32,000 bases of DNA from Alkalilimnicola ehrlichii MLHE-1 (GTDB taxonomy: Bacteria; Pseudomonadota; Gammaproteobacteria; Nitrococcales; Halorhodospiraceae). The DNA lies in the NCBI RefSeq assembly GCF_000014785.1, contig NC_008340.1:2370001-2402000 (forward strand). The letters run 5' to 3'. Shown piece after piece: positions 17,875 to 29,390 of this stretch. The notes beneath the pieces are model-generated. The model was not told where the DNA came from. It did no database searches and saw only the letters and a list, made by a program, of their open reading frames with translations. The position numbers and the translations under genes were made by a program. The stretch's first letter is position 1. The number at the start of each line of letters is the position of its first letter.

Positions 17875-20196
17875 ATGAGTACCACTCATGTACTGGGGTA
17901 TCCGCGCATCGGGGCCCGCCGGGAGCTAAAACGCGCCACGGAGGCCTACTGGAAGGGCGAAATCGACCAGGCGGAACTGGAGCGCACCGGCCGCGAGCTC
18001 CGCGCCAGGCACTGGCAGGCACAACGGGACGCGGGCCTGGACTGGGTGACGGTGGGCGACTTCGCCTTCTACGACCATGTACTCAACGTCAGCGCCCTGC
18101 TCGGCGCCGTCCCCCCGCGCTTCGGCGATGCGGGCGAGACGGTGGACCTGGACACCACCTTCCGCATGGCCCGGGGCCGGGCACCCACCGGTGAGCCGGC
18201 GGCCGCCTGCGAAATGACCAAGTACTTCGACACCAACTACCACTACCTGGTCCCGGAACTGCACGCCGATCAGCGCTTCGGGCTGGCCTCCCGGCGCCTG
18301 TTCGACGAGGTGGCCGAGGCCCGGGCCGCCGGGCACCCGGTCAAGGTCGTGCTCACCGGCCCCCTCACCTGGCTCTGGCTGGGCAAGGCCAAGTCCCCCG
18401 GGCTAGACCGCCTCGACCTGCTGGACGGCGTGGTGGATGTCTACGGCGAGATCCTCCAGCAACTGGGCGAACAGGGCGTGGAGTGGGTACAGCTGGACGA
18501 ACCAGCACTGGTACAGGACCTGCCCGCCGACTGGCAACAGGCCTACGAGCGGGCGTATCACCGGCTGCAGGCCGGCCCGGTCAAGCTGCTGCTGGCCACC
18601 TATTTCGGGGGCCTGGGCGAGAACCTCTCCACCGCCCTGAACCTGCCGGTGGACGGAATCCACATCGACTGCGTGCGCGATCCCGACCAGCTCACCGCCG
18701 TGCTCGACCGGCTGCTACCGCACAAGGTCCTGTCGCTGGGGGTCATCGACGGCCGCAACGTCTGGCGCAGCGACCTGGCCGCGTTGGCCCGGACGTTGGC
18801 GCCGGTGCGCGAACGGCTGGGGGAGCGGCTCTGGCTGGCGCCGTCCTGCTCTCTGCTGCACGTGCCCGTGGACCTCGATCTGGAGACCGAGCTGCAACCG
18901 CAACTGAGGCGCTGGCTGGCCTTCGCCCGCCAGAAGCTCGACGAGCTCGTCGTCCTGGGCCGGCTGCTGGGTGACCGCGCCGGCGCCGCGGACGAACAGG
19001 CAGCGGCGGAAGCCAGCGCCGCCCTGGCCGACCGCCAGGCCTCGACGCACATCCACAAGGCCGAGGTGGCGGAACGCATGCAGCGCGTCGGGCCGGCCGA
19101 TCGCCAGCGCGGGCAACCCTACCCGGAACGGGCCCGCAAACAGCGCAAACGCCTGGCACTGCCGCTGTTCCCCACCACCACCATCGGCTCCTTTCCGCAG
19201 ACGGCGGAGATTCGCGCGGCACGCCGCGATCTGAAGGCTGGCCGACTCACGCCCGAAGCCTACGAGGCACGCATGCGCGAGGAGATCGCCTTTGCCGTGG
19301 CGCGCCAGGAGGAGATCGGGCTGGACGTGCTGGTCCACGGCGAGGCCGAGCGCAACGACATGGTGGAGTACTTCGGCGAACAGCTCGACGGGTTCGCTTT
19401 CACCCGCGCGGGCTGGGTGCAGAGCTACGGCTCCCGCTGCGTCAAACCCCCCATCATCTACGGGGATGTCAGCCGCCCGCGGCCGATGACGGTGCGGTGG
19501 AGCGAATACGCCCAATCGCTCACCGGACGGCCCATGAAGGGCATGCTCACCGGGCCGGTCACCGTGCTGCAGTGGTCTTTCGTGCGCGACGACCAGCCCC
19601 GCTCGGAGACCTGCCGGCAGATCGCCCTGGCGCTGCGCGACGAGGTGGCCGACCTGGAGGCGGCGGGCATCCCGGCCATCCAGATCGACGAGCCGGCCCT
19701 GCGCGAGGGCCTGCCCCTGCAGCAGCGGCAGTGGCCGGGCTACCTGGACTGGGCGGTGGACTGCTTCCGCCTGACCGCCTCGGTGGCGCAGGATGCGACC
19801 CAGATCCACACCCACATGTGTTACTCGGAGTTCAACGACATCATGGGCGCCATCGCCACACTGGACGCGGACGTGATCACCATCGAGACGTCACGCTCCG
19901 ACATGGAACTGCTGGAGGTATTCGAGGGCTTCGAGTACCCCAATGAGATCGGCCCCGGGGTGTACGACATCCACTCGCCGAACACCCCGTCGGTGGACTG
20001 GATGGTAAGGCTGATGGAGAAGGCCGCCCGGCGCATCCCGGTGGAGCGGCTGTGGGTGAACCCGGACTGCGGCCTGAAGACCCGTGCCTGGGCGGAAGTG
20101 GAGCCGGCGCTGCAGAACATGGTGGCGGCGGCGGAGATACTGCGCGAGCGCTACGGCCAGGCGCAGACCCGGGTGGCAACCCAGGGGAAACGCTGA
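17875..20196 (+). CDS. metE: Cobalamin-independent methionine synthase (5-methyltetrahydropteroyltriglutamate-homocysteine methyltransferase)
   Basis: 773-aa two-domain ORF after GGAGG. The N-terminus is [19 protein letters not shown], and the Zn-site motifs [10 protein letters not shown] and NPDCGLKTR are present. Confidence 0.95.
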   Translation: MSTTHVLGYPRIGARRELKRATEAYWKGEIDQAELERTGRELRARHWQAQRDAGLDWVTVGDFAFYDHVLNVSALLGAVPPRFGDAGETVDLDTTFRMARGRAPTGEPAAACEMTKYFDTNYHYLVPELHADQRFGLASRRLFDEVAEARAAGHPVKVVLTGPLTWLWLGKAKSPGLDRLDLLDGVVDVYGEILQQLGEQGVEWVQLDEPALVQDLPADWQQAYERAYHRLQAGPVKLLLATYFGGLGENLSTALNLPVDGIHIDCVRDPDQLTAVLDRLLPHKVLSLGVIDGRNVWRSDLAALARTLAPVRERLGERLWLAPSCSLLHVPVDLDLETELQPQLRRWLAFARQKLDELVVLGRLLGDRAGAADEQAAAEASAALADRQASTHIHKAEVAERMQRVGPADRQRGQPYPERARKQRKRLALPLFPTTTIGSFPQTAEIRAARRDLKAGRLTPEAYEARMREEIAFAVARQEEIGLDVLVHGEAERNDMVEYFGEQLDGFAFTRAGWVQSYGSRCVKPPIIYGDVSRPRPMTVRWSEYAQSLTGRPMKGMLTGPVTVLQWSFVRDDQPRSETCRQIALALRDEVADLEAAGIPAIQIDEPALREGLPLQQRQWPGYLDWAVDCFRLTASVAQDATQIHTHMCYSEFNDIMGAIATLDADVITIETSRSDMELLEVFEGFEYPNEIGPGVYDIHSPNTPSVDWMVRLMEKAARRIPVERLWVNPDCGLKTRAWAEVEPALQNMVAAAEILRERYGQAQTRVATQGKR

Positions 20197-20211
20197 GGAA
20201 TACCCTGGCCC

Positions 20212-20473
20212 GTCATTGCGAGCCCCCCGCCCCGCTGCGCGGGCCCGAATCAACGAGGAACGGGGCACCCCTGTCATTGCCAGGGCCGAAGGCTTTCCCC
20301 CCGTCATCGCGAGGGGGGCGCCCCACCCGTCATCGCGAGGGCCGAAGGCCCGCGGCGATCCAGGGCGGTAGACTGCCACGTCGGCTTCGCCTCCTCGCAG
20401 TGACGGTGGGGGGGGACCGCGCTCGCAGTGAGGGTAGGGGGCGCCCGCAGCGTCTGGCCATGTTCATCAAGAG
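20212..20473. repeat. Left cluster of GTCATTGCGAG-type palindromic repeats
   Basis: Heads at about 20212 (GTCATTGCGAG), 20273 (GTCATTGCCAG), and 20303 and 20329 (GTCATCGCGAG). Inverted partners sit at about 20394 (CTCGCAGTGAC) and 20421. The reverse complement aligns with 28336-28593. Related fragments (AGCGAAGCAGTC, GGATTGCTTCGTCGC) continue to about 20545. Confidence 0.85.
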
Positions 20474-20514
20474 CGTAGCGAAGCAGTCTTTATGTCTTGA
20501 CCATCACCGGGTAA

Positions 20515-21087
20515 TGGATTGCTTCGTCGCTTTGCTCCCGCACCACCCACCCGGCTGGTGTCTCCCCATTTTTTCCAGGGCGGGTCTGCAAGCTGCTGAA
20601 GGTGGGCGGTTATCCGCTGATGAGCGTGGTGGCACCGGATCTGGGCAGCGGTCAGACATTGCCCCTGCTCACGCGGCTGCTCTCCTCGGCGCGAGCGGGC
20701 CATCGCAGTGAGAATACGGATTTGCTCTCGGTGATGGAGACGGTTCAGCGCCATGTGTCTGGAGCGCCCTTATGGGTGATTGGCCGGGGCGGGGATCGGG
20801 GCCGGGGCCGGGGCCGACGCCAGGGTGAGCGACTGATCCAGGCGTACCTGGATCGGTGGGCATGCGAGGAGGGGTACCGCTTCACCAAGCAGGGCTTTCA
20901 GCTCGAGGGCGTGCAGGCTCGGCGCCAAAGCGGGGGAACCAGCCGATATTTCCCTTATCCTCGCTGCTTGCCGGTTGGCAGCGGCTCTTCCAGTCCGCAC
21001 GACGCGTTTATTACCACTGGTGGCGACGACCTCATAGGCCCAAGCCGCCCATCATCCCCGACCAGTTTGCTGACAGCCCAACGCTGA
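20515..21087 (+). pseudogene. Decayed IS4-like DDE transposase fragment
   Basis: The open frame lacks an N-terminal domain. It retains ..HRSENTDLLSVMETVQRHVSGAPLWVIGRGGDRG.. and YLDRWACEEGYRFTKQGFQLEGV, which fits the Y-x2-R-x3-E-x6-K signature of IS4-type enzymes. These two blocks are only about 15 aa apart (GRGRGRRQGERLIQA) instead of roughly 100. Sequence after about 20930 is non-homologous. Confidence 0.55.
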
Positions 21088-21350
21088 TCCCAATACGCTC
21101 GTAAATAATGGGGAAACGCCAGACCGGGCGGCCCTTGTGTACCTGTCTGCCGTTTCGGTCACAACCACCACGTTGACCCCCGGGACGTAAACGGCCATGG
21201 CGGGCTGCTGGCCGGTGCCGGTGACTGGGTGGCGCTGGCCGGTGGCCTGATCATCCTGCTGCTGGGCGCGGGCCTGTTTGCTGCTGCCCTGGGGACCACC
21301 CCGGCCATCTACCGGCTCTGACCCAACGGGCGGCATGCCCCGTCGCCGGC

Positions 21351-23306
<1,956 letters not shown>

Positions 23307-23347
23307 AAGGGCCTCCCCATCGCCCGCAGCGTCCCGGCCATACCCTA

Positions 23348-23363
23348 TGCAGGAACGGCGCCA
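23348..23363 (-). promoter_or_regulatory. Candidate sigma54 (-24/-12) promoter for the acetoacetyl-CoA synthetase gene
   Basis: The minus strand reads TGGCGCCGTTCCTGCA, with GG and GC at the canonical spacing of TGGCAC-N5-TTGCA. It lies about 40 nt upstream of the ATG at 23306. Confidence 0.4.
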
Positions 23364-23691
23364 CGTTTCCCGCTTGAGGTTCCAGGCCATTGTAGTCCGC
23401 GCGCGGGAGGGGATGAGGGTCGGCCTGCGTGCGCGCCGGACATGGCCGGACTGTCCGGAAAACGGGCGCCGGGTGTCCGGCCTCCGAACAGGACACCTTG
23501 TCAGGCCTCGTCCTCCCGCCCGATAGCGGGCGACGCCCACATCGCCCCGGTGGTTGGCATGGCTACAGGAAGGGATAGGCAATACCCGGCACCCCCGCAA
23601 GGCGTAGAACCGCGGCTTGCCGCCTCAATCAAACGACTGTTAGAGTCCAAGAACAACAAGCAGAACGATCCGGAAGGATGGAGAGTGACCC

Positions 23692-24519
23692 ATGAGCCTG
23701 CACCAACGCACCCTGTTCATCACCGGCGCCAGCCGGGGGGTGGGCCTGGCCATTGCCCTGCGCGCCGCCCGGGACGGGGCAAATATCGCCATTGCGGCCA
23801 AGACCGACCGGCCCCACCCGAGGTTGCCCGGCACCATCTACACCGCTGCTGAGGCCATCGAACAGGCCGGCGGCCGTGCCCTGCCCCTGACGGTGGACAT
23901 CCGCGATGAGGACCAGGTGGCGGCGGCGGTGGAGCGCACCGCTGATCACTTTGGCGGTATCGACATCCTGGTCAACAACGCCAGCGCCATCCGCCTGAGC
24001 GGCACGCTGGACACGGAGATAAAGCACTTCGACCTGATGCACCAGGTGAATGCCCGCGGCACCTTCCTCTGCGCCCGGGCCTGCCTGCCCCACCTGCTGC
24101 GGGCGGACAACCCCCACGTGCTCACCCTGTCACCGCCGCTGAATCTCAAGCCGGAGCACTTCGGCCCCCACCTGGCCTACAGCCTGGCCAAGTTCGGGAT
24201 GAGCCTCTGCACGCTGGGGCTGGCCGAGGAGTTCCGCGACCGCGGGGTTGCCTTCAACTCGCTCTGGCCGCGCACGCTGCTCGATACCGCGGCGGTGCGC
24301 AACCTGCTGGGTGGCGAGGGGGTGGCGCGCCGCGGTCGCCGCCCGGAGATCGTGGCCGACGCCGCCCACGTCGTGCTCACCCGCGCCGCGCGGGGACAGA
24401 CCGGGCAGTTCCTGATCGACGAGGCGGTGTTGCGCAAGGCCGGGGTCACCGACTTCCGCCGCTACCAGGTCGATCCGGACCTGGCGGAATCCGCGTTGAT
24501 GGACGATCTGTTTCTCTGA
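23692..24519 (+). CDS. Short-chain dehydrogenase/reductase (HSDL2-like SDR)
   Basis: 275-aa ORF after GGAGAG. Cofactor motif TGASRGVGLA, NNAS, and catalytic YSLAK. Confidence 0.85.
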   Translation: MSLHQRTLFITGASRGVGLAIALRAARDGANIAIAAKTDRPHPRLPGTIYTAAEAIEQAGGRALPLTVDIRDEDQVAAAVERTADHFGGIDILVNNASAIRLSGTLDTEIKHFDLMHQVNARGTFLCARACLPHLLRADNPHVLTLSPPLNLKPEHFGPHLAYSLAKFGMSLCTLGLAEEFRDRGVAFNSLWPRTLLDTAAVRNLLGGEGVARRGRRPEIVADAAHVVLTRAARGQTGQFLIDEAVLRKAGVTDFRRYQVDPDLAESALMDDLFL

Positions 24520-24654
24520 GCCATCCCCGCGATGGCAATATCCCCGGCAACGACTAGAGTTGATGACAACGACCAATCAAACAAACGTTTTGCCTAGGCA
24601 TCGATTCCTGACCTGCGCCGAGCGGGGCGACGGATCGGGGAGGAGACACCATCC

Positions 24655-25971
24655 ATGACGACGCGAATCAACCCCGCGCCCAGTGAGCGTGGACGGCGGG
24701 TGGCCATCGTCGCCGGCCTGCGCACGCCCTTTGCCCGGCAGCTCACCGCCTACCGCGAGCTCTCGGCCATCGACCTGGGCATCCTGGTGACCGCCGAGCT
24801 GATGGCGCGCCTGGACCTGGACCCGGCCCTGGTGGAGCGGGTGGTTTACGGGCAGGTGGGCATCCTGCCCCAGGCCCCCAACATCGCCCGCGAGGTGGTG
24901 CTGGGCGCCGGCCTGCCGGCGGGCACCGATGCCTACAGCGTCTCCCGCGCCTGCGCCACCAGCTTCCAGTCCACTGCCGAGGTGGCCACCGCCATCGCCA
25001 ACGGCGAGATCGAGATCGGCCTGGCCGGTGGCGCCGACTCCACCTCGGTGCTACCGCTGCAGCTCAGCCGGCCGTTGGCCCGGGCCCTGATTCATGCCAG
25101 CAAGGCCCGCTCCCTGGGTGAACGCCTGCGCTGCCTCAGGGGCGTCCGGCCGCGGCACTTCATCCCCAGGCCACCGGCGGTGAAGGATTACACCACCGGC
25201 CTGGGGATGGGGGATATCGCCGAGCAGATGGCCAGGAACCACGGCATCGGCCGCGAGGCCCAGGACCGCTTCGCCCTCGACTCCCACCGCAAGGCCCACC
25301 AAGCCTGGGAGGAGGGGCGGCTGGCCGACGAGGTGATGCCGGCCATCGTCCCGCCCTATAAAGAGGCGCTGGCGCGGGACAACAACATCCGCGGGGACAG
25401 CAGCCCGGAGCAGCTCGCCCGGCTGCGCCCGGCCTTCGACCGGCGCCACGGCACCGTGACCGCGGCCAACTCGACGCCGCTCACCGACGGCGCCAGCACC
25501 CTGCTGCTGATGCGCGAGGACCGGGCCCGGGCCCTGGGCCACACCCCACTGGGCACCCTGCGCAGCTGGGCCTTCACCGCCATCGACCCCTTCAACGACG
25601 GCCTGATGGGGCCCTCCTACGCCACCCCGCTGGCGCTGGACCGGGCCGGTGCGACCCTGGACGACATGGCACTGGTGGACATGCACGAGGCCTTCGCCGC
25701 GCAGTCGCTGGCCAACCTCAAGCAATGGCCCAGCCGTCGCTTTGCCCGCGAGGCCCTCGGGCGAAACGCCCCCATCGGCGAGGTGGACCCGGAGCGGTTC
25801 AACGTCCTGGGGGGCTCCATCGCCTACGGCCACCCCTTCGCCGCCACCGGCGGCCGGATGATCGTACAAACCCTGAATGAACTGCGCCGGCGCGGCGGCG
25901 GTCTCGCCCTGACCACCGCCTGCGCCGCCGGCGGCCTGGGCGCCGCCATGGTGTTGGAGGTGGACGGATGA
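24655..25971 (+). CDS. fadI: 3-ketoacyl-CoA thiolase FadI (acetyl-CoA C-acyltransferase)
   Basis: 438-aa ORF colinear with remembered E. coli FadI ([87 protein letters not shown]). Confidence 0.93.
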   Translation: MTTRINPAPSERGRRVAIVAGLRTPFARQLTAYRELSAIDLGILVTAELMARLDLDPALVERVVYGQVGILPQAPNIAREVVLGAGLPAGTDAYSVSRACATSFQSTAEVATAIANGEIEIGLAGGADSTSVLPLQLSRPLARALIHASKARSLGERLRCLRGVRPRHFIPRPPAVKDYTTGLGMGDIAEQMARNHGIGREAQDRFALDSHRKAHQAWEEGRLADEVMPAIVPPYKEALARDNNIRGDSSPEQLARLRPAFDRRHGTVTAANSTPLTDGASTLLLMREDRARALGHTPLGTLRSWAFTAIDPFNDGLMGPSYATPLALDRAGATLDDMALVDMHEAFAAQSLANLKQWPSRRFAREALGRNAPIGEVDPERFNVLGGSIAYGHPFAATGGRMIVQTLNELRRRGGGLALTTACAAGGLGAAMVLEVDG

Positions 25972-28112
25972 CAACGCACCCGAAGACGGCACAAGAGAAC
26001 CGGCCGGAACAGGAAACCGCCTTCCACCTGGCCCTGGGCGATGACGGTATCGCCGTGATCACGGTGGATGTGCCCGGCGAGCGCATGAACGTGCTCAAGG
26101 GCGAGATGGTGCGCGAGGCCAACGCCCTGCTCGATACCCTGGACGAGCAGCCTGCGCTGCGGGGCGTGATCTTCACCAGCGGCAAGGCGGACAACTTCAT
26201 CGCCGGGGCCGACGTGCACATGCTGGCCGCCTGCGAGACCGCCGAGGCCGCCCGCGAGCTGGCCCACGCCGGGCAGCGGCTGTTCGACCGGCTGGAGGCC
26301 TTTCCGAAACCGGTGGTGGCCGCCATCCACGGCACCTGCCTGGGCGGCGGCCTGGAACTGGCGCTGGCCTGCCACGGCCGGGTGGCCACCGACCACCCGG
26401 CAACGCGCCTCGGCCTGCCCGAGGTGCAACTAGGCCTGTTGCCCGGCAGCGGCGGCACCCAGCGCCTGCCCGACCGGGTGGGGCTGCCGCTGGCCCTGGA
26501 CCTGATGCTCACCGGCCGCCAGCTGCGCGCCCGCCAGGCCCGGAAGCGCGGGCTGGTGGACGACCTGGTGGCCCCGCCCATCCTGCTGGACGCCGCCCGC
26601 AAACGGATCGATGAGCTGGCCGAGCCGCGCCGCCATCGGCCGAAGCGACCACTGACCACCCGGCTGCTGGAGAACAACCCGCTGGGCCGACGGCTGGTCT
26701 ACCGCCAGTCCGAGCGCACGGTGCAGGCCAAGACCCACGGCAATTACCCGGCCCCGCCGCGCATCATCGACGCGGTGCGCGCCGGCCGGGAGCGGGGCCG
26801 CCAGGCCGGGCTGGAGACCGAGCGCCGCCACTTCGGCGAACTGGCCATGACCCCCGAGGCCCGGGCCCTGATGGCGCTCTATTTCGCCACCACGGCACTG
26901 AAAAAGGACAGCGGCACCGATGCCGGCGTCGAACCCCGGCCGGTGCGACGAGTGGGTGTGCTCGGCGCCGGCCTGATGGGGGCCGGGATCGCCTACGTCA
27001 CCAGCGCCAAGGCCGGGACCCCGGTGCGCCTCAAGGACATCGCGCTGGAGGGCCTGAACAACGGCATGCGCCACATCGACGGCGAGATCCGCGCCCGGCA
27101 CAAGCGTGGGGCACTGACCGACTTCGAGGCCACCCGCCAGCGCACCCGCGTCACCCCCACCCTGGACTACCGTGGCTTCGGTGCCCTGGACGTGGTGATC
27201 GAGGCGGTCTTCGAGGATCCGGAGCTGAAACACCGGATGCTGGCCGACGTGGAGGCCCACGGCCCGGAGCATGTCATCTTCGCCAGCAACACCTCGTCCC
27301 TGCCCATCAGCGAGATCGCCACCGGGGCGCAACGGCCGGAGCGGGTCATCGGCATGCACTACTTCTCACCGGTGGAGAAGATGCCCCTGCTGGAGGTGAT
27401 CGCCACCGACCGCACCGACCCCGAGGTCATCGCCACCACCGTCGCCCTGGGCCGGACCCAGGGCAAGACCGTGATCGTGGTGCGCGACGGCGCTGGCTTC
27501 TACGTCAACCGCATCCTCGCCCCCTACCTCAACGAGGCCTGCCGGCTGCTGCAGGAGGGCGTGGCCATCGACCACATCGACCGCACCCTGGTGCGCTTCG
27601 GCTTCCCGGTGGGCCCCTTCGCCCTGCTGGACGAAGTGGGGCTGGATGTCAGCGAGAAGGTGGCGCCCATCCTGCACCGGGCCTTCGGCGAGCGCATGAC
27701 CCCGGTGGACGTGGGCGGGCGGATGCTGGCCGACGGCCGCAAGGGGCGCAAGAGCGGTAAGGGGTTCTACCGCTACGACCGCAAGCGTGGCAAAGGGGGG
27801 CGCCCGGTGGACGAGGGGGTCTACCGGCTGCTCGGGCTGGCACCGGGGCGCGACATGGCACCAGAGGCGATCATCGACCGGACCGTGCTGCCCATGATTA
27901 ACGAGGCGGTGCGCTGCCGGGATGAAGGGATCATCCGCTGCGAGCGGGACGGGGATATCGGTGCAGTGTTCGGCATCGGCTTCCCGCCCTTTCGCGGCGG
28001 CCCCTTCCACTATCTGCGCCAGCAGGGCGCGGCCGGGGTAACCGAACGCCTGCAGGCCCTGGCCGCGGAGCACGGCCCACGCTTCGCGCCGGCCCCCTCG
28101 CTCCAGGGCTGA
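25968..28112 (+). CDS. fadJ: Fatty-acid oxidation complex alpha subunit FadJ (enoyl-CoA hydratase / 3-hydroxyacyl-CoA dehydrogenase / epimerase)
   Basis: 714-aa ORF (the same length as E. coli FadJ) with an ATGA overlap onto fadI. It has a crotonase domain ([22 protein letters not shown]) and an NAD-binding [13 protein letters not shown]. Confidence 0.92.
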   Translation: MTTHPKTAQENRPEQETAFHLALGDDGIAVITVDVPGERMNVLKGEMVREANALLDTLDEQPALRGVIFTSGKADNFIAGADVHMLAACETAEAARELAHAGQRLFDRLEAFPKPVVAAIHGTCLGGGLELALACHGRVATDHPATRLGLPEVQLGLLPGSGGTQRLPDRVGLPLALDLMLTGRQLRARQARKRGLVDDLVAPPILLDAARKRIDELAEPRRHRPKRPLTTRLLENNPLGRRLVYRQSERTVQAKTHGNYPAPPRIIDAVRAGRERGRQAGLETERRHFGELAMTPEARALMALYFATTALKKDSGTDAGVEPRPVRRVGVLGAGLMGAGIAYVTSAKAGTPVRLKDIALEGLNNGMRHIDGEIRARHKRGALTDFEATRQRTRVTPTLDYRGFGALDVVIEAVFEDPELKHRMLADVEAHGPEHVIFASNTSSLPISEIATGAQRPERVIGMHYFSPVEKMPLLEVIATDRTDPEVIATTVALGRTQGKTVIVVRDGAGFYVNRILAPYLNEACRLLQEGVAIDHIDRTLVRFGFPVGPFALLDEVGLDVSEKVAPILHRAFGERMTPVDVGGRMLADGRKGRKSGKGFYRYDRKRGKGGRPVDEGVYRLLGLAPGRDMAPEAIIDRTVLPMINEAVRCRDEGIIRCERDGDIGAVFGIGFPPFRGGPFHYLRQQGAAGVTERLQALAAEHGPRFAPAPSLQG

Positions 28113-28149
28113 GGCCACGCCCCGTCGGCGCGGACGTCCCGCCGCGGGC

Positions 28150-28593
28150 GTCACGTCATTGCGGGCCCCTTCGCCGTCATTGCGGGCGCGGACCCGCCCC
28201 CACCATCAATGCGAGGAGCGAAGCGCAAACCCGCCCCCACCGTCACTGCGAGGAGGCGAAGCCGACGCGGCAGTCTACCGCCCTGGATCGCCACGGGCCT
28301 TCGGCCCTCGCGATGACGGGGGGAAGCCTTCGGCCCTCTTGATGAACATGGCCAGACGCTGCGGGCGCCCCCTACCCTCACTGGGAGCGCGGTCCCCCCC
28401 ACCGTCACTGCGAGGAGGCGAAGCCGACGTGGCAGTCTAGCGCCCTGGATCGCCGCGGGCCTTCGGCCCTCGCCATGACGGGTGGGGCGCCCCCCTCGCG
28501 ATGACGACCGAAAACCCGCGGCCCTCGCCATGGCAGCCCCGCCGTTCTTCCCTGATTCGCGCCCGCGCAGCGGGGAGGGGGGCTCGCAATGAC
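28150..28593. repeat. Right cluster of GTCATTGCGAG-type palindromic repeats (two tandem core units plus flanks)
   Basis: GTCATTGCGGG at about 28155 and 28176, and GTCACTGCGAGGAGGCGAAGCCGACG at about 28243 and 28403. Inverted partners CTCGCGATGAC, CTCGCCATGAC and CTCGCAATGAC sit at about 28308, 28470, 28495 and 28583. The segment 28336-28593 is the inverted counterpart of 20212-20473. Confidence 0.85.
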
Positions 28594-28606
28594 CGTTTGT
28601 ACGGCA

Positions 28607-29134
28607 TCAGTCCAGGCCGGAGAGATGCCCCTCGAAGGCGCGCCAGTCCTCGATGGCCGCCGGCACCGGGGGCGCCTCCGGCGCCTGCCCCAGCACCTGG
28701 GCGAAGACCTCGGCCGGCGGCACATGCCCGCCTCTGCAGCGGATCACCCCCTTCACCAGCCCGATGGCCACCGTTCGCCCGTCGCGGACGAAGCGCTGCT
28801 CCACATAGAACCACTTGTCATCCCAGCAGAGCATACGGCTGCGCAGTTCGAAGCGTTGAAAGGGGAGCAGCGAACGGCGCCAGCGCACCATCGAGGAGGC
28901 GATCACCGGCATCCAGCGCTCCCTCACCACCACCCGGCCCAGGCCGCTGCGCAGCATCAGGTCGATCCGGCCCAGGTCCATCAGGGTGAGGAAACGACCG
29001 TTGTTCATGTGCCGGTTCAGGTCCAGGTCGAAGGGCCAGACCCGCATCCGCAGCACGGACTCGTCCAGCGCCCCCAGCCGGGGCCGGAAACGGGCCATCA
29101 GACTGAGCCACAGCAGCCGGAAATACAGGTTCAT
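28607..29134 (-). CDS. Hotdog-fold acyl-CoA thioesterase family protein
   Basis: The track ORF starts at a TTG (29179). I prefer the ATG at 29134 (MNLYFRLLWLSLMARF.., 175 aa). VWPFDLDLNRHMNNGRFLTLMDLGRIDL is typical of 4HBT-like thioesterases. Confidence 0.7.
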   Translation of the reverse strand: MNLYFRLLWLSLMARFRPRLGALDESVLRMRVWPFDLDLNRHMNNGRFLTLMDLGRIDLMLRSGLGRVVVRERWMPVIASSMVRWRRSLLPFQRFELRSRMLCWDDKWFYVEQRFVRDGRTVAIGLVKGVIRCRGGHVPPAEVFAQVLGQAPEAPPVPAAIEDWRAFEGHLSGLD

Positions 29135-29325
29135 GGCGGTGCCACCCCCTTTCGATGACGGTTCAAACGACTGTATCAAACCTTAACTCGGGCCCGCGTT
29201 TAAAACGAAGGCCCGCCACGGCGACCGGGCCATGCTGCAAACGCACAAAATTAAACACCCGGATCAGCAGCTTAACTCGTTTTAAACGCTTGAAAGAGCG
29301 ACGCCCTCTTTCTAACCTTGAACCA

Positions 29326-29340
29326 GGTCGTCAAACGACC
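29326..29340. promoter_or_regulatory. Perfect palindrome, candidate GntR/FadR-type operator within a putative fadL promoter
   Basis: GGTCGT-caa-ACGACC fills the 17-nt spacer between TTGAAC (29318-29323) and GATTAG (29341-29346). A further AACGACC half-site lies at 29347-29353. Confidence 0.35.
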
Positions 29341-29390
29341 GATTAGAACGACCGAACAACAAGGCCTTGCTGAAAGCAGGAGGAGAACCG

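Noticed and set aside
20212-20473. Considered whether the repeat clusters at 20.2 kb and 28.2-28.6 kb are CRISPR arrays.
   Set aside because: The repeats are imperfect, occur in both orientations within a cluster, are irregularly spaced, and are not separated by unique spacers of constant length. There are no cas genes in the window.
20052-20711. ORFs running through the repeat clusters: 20052..20711(+), 19891..20379(-), 28151..28531(-), 28405..28725(-), 28437..28814(-), 28501..28989(+).
   Set aside because: They are translations of the palindromic repeats. The same peptide strings (..GRRPAAIQGGRLPRRLRLLAVTVGG..) recur in both orientations, they have no start context, and they overlap the metE or thioesterase ends.
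21109-21321. Open frame ending ..GDWVALAGGLIILLLGAGLFAAALGTTPAIYRL* between the IS relic and the acetoacetyl-CoA synthetase 3' end. It looks like the C-terminal TM helix of a membrane protein.
   Set aside because: There is no in-frame ATG (only a GTG giving about 30 aa), no SD, and the upstream part is non-protein-like. It may be a gene remnant beside the IS relic, but I cannot support it as a feature.
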